Assembly (NCBI GenBank): GCA_965207225.1
Contig: CBDBLV010000005.1
Span: forward strand, 1,568,001-1,632,000
Source: Dehalococcoidia bacterium
Lineage (GTDB): Bacteria > Chloroflexota > Dehalococcoidia > Plut-88900
Reading direction: 5' to 3'
DNA: 64,000 nucleotides
Shown piece by piece: positions 59,138 through 64,000 of this stretch. The position numbers and the translations under genes are program-made. Each line of letters begins with the position of its first letter. Position 1 is the first letter of the stretch. A model generated the notes under the pieces. It was not told the DNA's origin. It saw nothing but the letters and a program-made list of their open reading frames with translations, and did not search any database.

Positions 59138-59869
59138 ATGGAGAGTTTCGAGACGGTTATCTTCGAGATACGGGACTCGGTGGCGTGGGTCACACTTAAC
59201 AGGCCCCGGGTGCTGAACGCTTACAACGTCCAGATGCGGGACGACCTGTATGAGGCATTAACTGCGGTGTCGTGGGACTCGGAGATCAGGGCGGTGGTGA
59301 TATCGGGGGCCGGGGACCGGGCGTTTTGCGCAGGCGCCGACCTGACGGAGTTCGGGACTGCGCCATCGCAGAGGATTGCACGGCAGGTGAGGTGGGAGAG
59401 GGACGTGTGGGGCTTGCTTATGGATTTGCCCATCCCGACGATTGCGGCGATGCACGGGTACGTTTTTGGGTCGGGCCTAGAGATTGCGCTGTGCTGCGAT
59501 ATCAGAATCGCGACGCCGAATGCAATCTTCGGGCTGCCGGAGACGTCGTTAGGTTTCATACCGGCGGCGGGGGCCACTCAGACTTTTCCGAGGGCGGTCG
59601 GGACCGGGCAGGCATTGTGGACGCTGTTGACCGCAGAGCGGATGGACGCTAATCGGGCGCTCTCAATGGGGCTGATCAGCGAGATAGTGCCGGAGGGTGG
59701 ATTGAAGGCCCGGTGCGGGGCTTTGGCGGAGGGGTTCTTTAGGTCGGGGACGCGTCCCCTGGCGGCGGCGAAGGCAGCGATGCGTCGGGGGCTGGACCTG
59801 CTCCTGGAAGAGGGGCTGGGGGTGGAGTCGGGGCTGGCGCGAGAGCTTATCCGAGCCGGCAATAGATAA
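59138..59869 (+). CDS. Enoyl-CoA hydratase/isomerase
   Basis: TLNRP, AFCAGADL, GSGLEIALCCDIR, GLPE. Confidence 0.93.
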   Translation: MESFETVIFEIRDSVAWVTLNRPRVLNAYNVQMRDDLYEALTAVSWDSEIRAVVISGAGDRAFCAGADLTEFGTAPSQRIARQVRWERDVWGLLMDLPIPTIAAMHGYVFGSGLEIALCCDIRIATPNAIFGLPETSLGFIPAAGATQTFPRAVGTGQALWTLLTAERMDANRALSMGLISEIVPEGGLKARCGALAEGFFRSGTRPLAAAKAAMRRGLDLLLEEGLGVESGLARELIRAGNR

Positions 59870-59925
59870 ACGTTGAAGGGCGCGATAGAATAGTGGCCCA
59901 AAGCCTAGAAACAGGGGAACGGTGA

Positions 59926-61500
59926 ATGAACACGCCTGAATTTCTTCTTATCTCCAGCTCGATATGTCCCGACCGGGAAGCGATCATATTCGAGGGACAT
60001 CGGTGGACTTTCTCGGACTTGGCTGAACGGTCGAACCGCCTCGCCAATGCTCTGGCGGGGATGGGGGTGGGGCAGGGAGATAAGGTGGGAATGTTGCAGG
60101 TCAACTGCAACGAGTGCATCGAGGTCTATTTTGCCACGGCCAAGCTGGGGGCTACTTACGTGCCACTGAACTTCCGGGCGAAGGCCGACGAGCTGGCTTA
60201 CATGGTCAACTTCTCGGAGTCGTCGGTGATCTTTATCGGTGGCAGGTACGTGAAGCTGGTGAATTCGTTAAGGGACGAGATGCCGGCGTTGAAGCACGTG
60301 GTGTCGGTGGAGGGGCCGGTGGAAGGGATGCTGGAATATGAGTCAATAATCGCCGAGTCGGACCCCGAGGAGGTGTTCACGGATATAGACGACAACGACA
60401 CGTCCATCCTGATGTTCACCGCAGGGACCACGGGCCAGCCGAAGGGCGTGATGCTCACCCACGACAACCTGGCCACCTACGTGCTCAACAACGTAAGCCC
60501 CGCGGACCCAGAGATAGAGGAGAAGAATATCCTGACCGTGCCGCTGTACCACATCGCAGGGATGCAGGCGGTGCTGGCGGCGGTGTACGGGGGTCGGACG
60601 CTGGTGGTGCAGAGGCAGTTCGAGGCGAGCGACTGGATGAAGCTAGTGGAGACGGAGCGGGTGACCCGAGCGATGATGGTGCCAACGATGCTAAAGGGGC
60701 TGATGGAGCACGAAGAGTTTCACGACCGGGACCTGAGCAGCCTTCAGGTCATCACGTACGGGGCGGCCCCGATGCCCGTGGAAGTCATCACCAAGGCGAT
60801 CGAGGAGCTGCCCGGGACCCGGTTCATCAACGCATTCGGGCAGACGGAGTCGGCTTCCACGATTACGATGCTGACGCCGGAAGACCACGTGATAGACGGG
60901 ACACCTGCGGAGAGGGCGCTGAAGCTGAAGAGGCTGGGGTCGATTGGCCGGGCGCTGGGGGACACGGAGGTGAAGATCTTCGACGAGGATGGGAACGAGG
61001 CTCCTACTGACGAGGTCGGAGAGATCGTGGCCCGCGGGCCGAGGGTGATGAAGGGTTACTGGAAGGCGGACGAGGCGACGAACACGACCATCCGCAATGG
61101 CTGGTTGTACACGGGCGACATGGGATACATGGACGAGGCGGGGTACATCTTCCTTTCGGGTCGGGCGAAGGACATCATCATCCGGGCCGGAGAGAACATT
61201 TCGCCGGAGCAGGTGGAAGCGACGCTGCATTCGCACCCGGCCATCGACGAGGCTGCGGTTATCGGGGTGCCGGACCCGCAGTGGGGCGAGACGGTAAGGG
61301 CGATTGTGGCGTTGAAGGATGGTGCGCAGGCCTCTGAGGACGACATAATCGAGCACTGCCGGGGACAGCTGGCGAGCTTCAAGAAACCGGAGTCGGTTAT
61401 TTTTGTGGACTCCTTGCCGAGGAACCAGATGGGGAAGGTGCTGAAGAGGGTGCTGCGGGAAGAGTACGGGCAGGCGGACGTTCCGATGATGGGGGCTTAG
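59926..61500 (+). CDS. Long-chain acyl-CoA synthetase
   Basis: FTAGTTGQPKG, FGQTE, GWLYTGD, PRNQMGK. Confidence 0.95.
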   Translation: MNTPEFLLISSSICPDREAIIFEGHRWTFSDLAERSNRLANALAGMGVGQGDKVGMLQVNCNECIEVYFATAKLGATYVPLNFRAKADELAYMVNFSESSVIFIGGRYVKLVNSLRDEMPALKHVVSVEGPVEGMLEYESIIAESDPEEVFTDIDDNDTSILMFTAGTTGQPKGVMLTHDNLATYVLNNVSPADPEIEEKNILTVPLYHIAGMQAVLAAVYGGRTLVVQRQFEASDWMKLVETERVTRAMMVPTMLKGLMEHEEFHDRDLSSLQVITYGAAPMPVEVITKAIEELPGTRFINAFGQTESASTITMLTPEDHVIDGTPAERALKLKRLGSIGRALGDTEVKIFDEDGNEAPTDEVGEIVARGPRVMKGYWKADEATNTTIRNGWLYTGDMGYMDEAGYIFLSGRAKDIIIRAGENISPEQVEATLHSHPAIDEAAVIGVPDPQWGETVRAIVALKDGAQASEDDIIEHCRGQLASFKKPESVIFVDSLPRNQMGKVLKRVLREEYGQADVPMMGA

Positions 61501-62174
61501 TCGTCTTCGGCTAGTTCTCGGGCGCGGGCTAGGTCGGCCTTAGCGTTTTCACCTTCGCCGAGCTTGTTGTACAGGCTTGCGCGGTCTTCGTAGGCTTCGG
61601 CGTAGTAGGCGTCCAGTTTGATGGCGTAGGAGAGGTCGTCCAGAGCCTCGGGGAGGCGGTCCTGGGCGGCGAACAGCAAACCCCTGTGATGGTATGCCTC
61701 GGGGAGGCGGCTGTCCTGGAGGATGGCGTTGTCCAGGGACTCGAGGGCCCGGGCAGCGAGACGGGGCCTGGAGCGGGGTGGGGCCGACTCGGACTGCTTG
61801 GCGTAGACGATCCCGACGTTGAGGAGGGCACGGGCGTCTCGGGGGTTGAGCTTTAGAGCCTGCTTGTACTGCTTCAGGGCGGCGGCAAGCTGTCCTTTTC
61901 TCAGGTAGCAGGTGCCGAGGTTCGAGAGCAGGGCGCTGTCTACGGGGCCGAATTTCCTGGCGGAGTTCAGGTCGCGGATGGCGGCGTTAAGGTTGCCGAG
62001 GCCGCCGTGGGCGAGGCCCCGGTAGAAATAGGCGTGGGCGTCCCTGGGGTTCTGAGCGAGGGCCTCGTCGAGGTGGGCCAGGGCGTCCTCCCAGCGGCCT
62101 TCCTTGACGGCCTTTTCGCCCTTTCGGGAGCCGACGACCCAGCCGAGTCCGCGTAGTTTGTCTAGGATTCCCAT
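61497..62174 (-). CDS. TPR protein
   Basis: Repeated AYFYRGLAH / ALLNVGIVY / AYHHRGLL units. Confidence 0.9.
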   Translation of the reverse strand: MGILDKLRGLGWVVGSRKGEKAVKEGRWEDALAHLDEALAQNPRDAHAYFYRGLAHGGLGNLNAAIRDLNSARKFGPVDSALLSNLGTCYLRKGQLAAALKQYKQALKLNPRDARALLNVGIVYAKQSESAPPRSRPRLAARALESLDNAILQDSRLPEAYHHRGLLFAAQDRLPEALDDLSYAIKLDAYYAEAYEDRASLYNKLGEGENAKADLARARELAEDD

Positions 62175-62238
62175 AAGAGGTGTAGTTTAACTGAAGGTGA
62201 GGGAGGCCTGTCCCAGGGGAAGGCAGCGACGAGTGCCT

Positions 62239-63240
62239 CTATGATGGGGTGGTTACGTTGAAGATGCGGGGGGCGATGTGGGCGAGGAGGAGGTCGGTGG
62301 ACATGATCATTGAGCGGCCGGAGGGGTCGATGCGGGGGGAGACCTCGACGAAGTCCATGGCGCCGATGGGGTAGCTGGAGAGAATGCGGAGTATGGTGGC
62401 CATGATGTCGGGGGTGATGGCGTCGTTGACGACAGAGCCGGTGGCGGGAAAGAACCCGGTGTCTATGAAGTCGATGTCGACGGACATGTAGATGAAATCG
62501 CAGCCGGCGGAGGCGCGCTCGCCGGCCTGGCGGGCGACCTGCTCGGGGCCAATGCGGAGGACGTCGGCGGCGGTGAAGATGAGGCCGTTGTTGGAATCGA
62601 TAGCGCTGACGGGTTCCTCGTCGGACCAGCCCTGGATGCCGATCCAGACCATGTTGGAAGGGCTGACAAGGTCGAGCTCGGAGATGCGGCGGGCGTTGGT
62701 GCCGTGGTTGTACTTGCCCCAGACGGGGGTGTCGTCCCGGAAGTCGAGGTGGCCGTCGATGTGGATGTAGCCGATCCTGGGCTTTGGGGAAAGCTCGGTG
62801 ACGGCACGGGTGTAGCCCAGGCAGGAGGGGTAGCCGACGTAATGATCGCCGCCGAGGCAGACGGAGAAGCCTCCCCGCTTCACGACCTCTTCGACACCTC
62901 CGGCAATGCCTTCCGTGGACTTCATTACGTCGGAGGGGTAGACGTTGTAGTCGCCGACATCGACGAGGCGGTTGGTATCGGGGAGGGTGAGGCGGTCGCC
63001 GGAGGCGACATCGAGGATGCCGTCGGGGCCCGATTCGTGGATTCGCTGGGCCATGGCGAGGGAACCGTCCCTGATGCCTCGGGGGCCCATTCGAGTGCCG
63101 AAGCGGCTGGTGTGGGTGCTGTCGTGGGGGGCGCCGCCGATGACGACCATGCCGCGTTCGACCTTGTCCATGGCCACGTAGGGCGAGCCGAGGAAGGTGG
63201 AGGCGCCTATATCCACCAATTGGTGTGCTTGTTCACTCAC
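62239..63240 (-). CDS. Ureohydrolase (agmatinase/arginase family)
   Basis: GGDH, HIDGHLD and SVDIDFID metal motifs. Confidence 0.92.
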   Translation of the reverse strand: MSEQAHQLVDIGASTFLGSPYVAMDKVERGMVVIGGAPHDSTHTSRFGTRMGPRGIRDGSLAMAQRIHESGPDGILDVASGDRLTLPDTNRLVDVGDYNVYPSDVMKSTEGIAGGVEEVVKRGGFSVCLGGDHYVGYPSCLGYTRAVTELSPKPRIGYIHIDGHLDFRDDTPVWGKYNHGTNARRISELDLVSPSNMVWIGIQGWSDEEPVSAIDSNNGLIFTAADVLRIGPEQVARQAGERASAGCDFIYMSVDIDFIDTGFFPATGSVVNDAITPDIMATILRILSSYPIGAMDFVEVSPRIDPSGRSMIMSTDLLLAHIAPRIFNVTTPS

Positions 63241-64000
63241 TTGTAGCTCCCGGTGAGCCTGATCTTTTCGTCTATGAAGCGGATGAGCATTTCGACACCG
63301 CAGCGTTGCCCGGTCTTGACGAGGCTCATTGTTTCGATGAGGGGATTTAGGCCGCAGAGGCTGATGCCGCCGACCGGGCCACGGGCGAGGAGGGGCATGG
63401 CCTCGAAGAGCTCGACGTTGCGGAGGCCGTCGAATCGGGGGGTGCCGGTCATGGCGACGTAGCCGCCGTCCATTACGTCTATGTCGATGCCCACGAAGAT
63501 GCCGGAGCAGTTGTGGGAGGCGCTGTCAAGGGCTTCGGAGATTACGTCAGGGATGCCGCGGGTGTGGACCTGTTCGGCGGTGATGACCGTGGCCGGCAGC
63601 CTTTCGGCCATCTGCCACTGCTCCAGGGGTATGTAGCCATTGGCGCCGATAAAGACCATGTTTTCGGGGCGGACTGTTTCGGAGTCCAGGAGGCGTCTAG
63701 CGGTGGCGCCGCGCCAGACGTCTCCCCAGACCGGGTCCCGGGACCCGAGGTCAAGGCGGCTGGAAAACTGGATGTAGCCCACGGAGCCGCCGTCCGATTC
63801 ACGGAGGGCTTCCAGGTATCCCTGGACCAAGGGATAGGTGATGAAATGGTCGCCGCCGAGGGCCACGGGGGTAGCGCCCCGGAAGGTTATGTCTCGGGCG
63901 GCGTTGTGGAGGGTGGAGGACATGATATCCCAGTCGACGTGGGAGACGGGCAGGTCGCCGAGGTCCCGGACCAAGTTGCGGACGACATTGGTGTTGGTTG
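63237..64000 (-). CDS. Ureohydrolase-family paralogue lacking DxHxD ligands (5' partial)
   Basis: GGDH and GIDIDVMD present; DAHxD position reads FSSRLD. Confidence 0.85.
   Translation of the reverse strand, partial: TNTNVVRNLVRDLGDLPVSHVDWDIMSSTLHNAARDITFRGATPVALGGDHFITYPLVQGYLEALRESDGGSVGYIQFSSRLDLGSRDPVWGDVWRGATARRLLDSETVRPENMVFIGANGYIPLEQWQMAERLPATVITAEQVHTRGIPDVISEALDSASHNCSGIFVGIDIDVMDGGYVAMTGTPRFDGLRNVELFEAMPLLARGPVGGISLCGLNPLIETMSLVKTGQRCGVEMLIRFIDEKIRLTGSYK

Overview
GC-rich bacterial window whose gene content (several class III CoA-transferases, LLM monooxygenases, amidohydrolases, enoyl-CoA hydratases) suggests Dehalococcoidia/SAR202-like Chloroflexota (inference). Bases 1-~20690 are the right part of an integrative, probably conjugative element inserted at the 3' end of tRNA-Ser(GGA). 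It carries a VirB4-like ATPase, a coupling protein, an internally duplicated Replic_Relax (MOB_C-like) relaxase, a defence-like cargo block (HEPN-like protein, GmrSD, PRTase-DprA-HAD), a decayed RHH plus large serine recombinase, an XRE/ImmA-like switch, AlpA and a P4-type integrase. Bases ~21000-64000 are host metabolic genes interrupted by two repeat-rich patches (48360-50480 and 57140-58310). These patches hold the least explained signals: a homologous promoter/5'-hairpin/RBS/'MSRI' leader-peptide cassette in inverted orientation. One copy is fused in frame to a terminase nuclease fragment. The other abuts a ~408-nt nested, modular, covarying stem-loop structure that looks like a large structured RNA I do not recognise. 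All family assignments come from motif recognition by eye; no searches were run.
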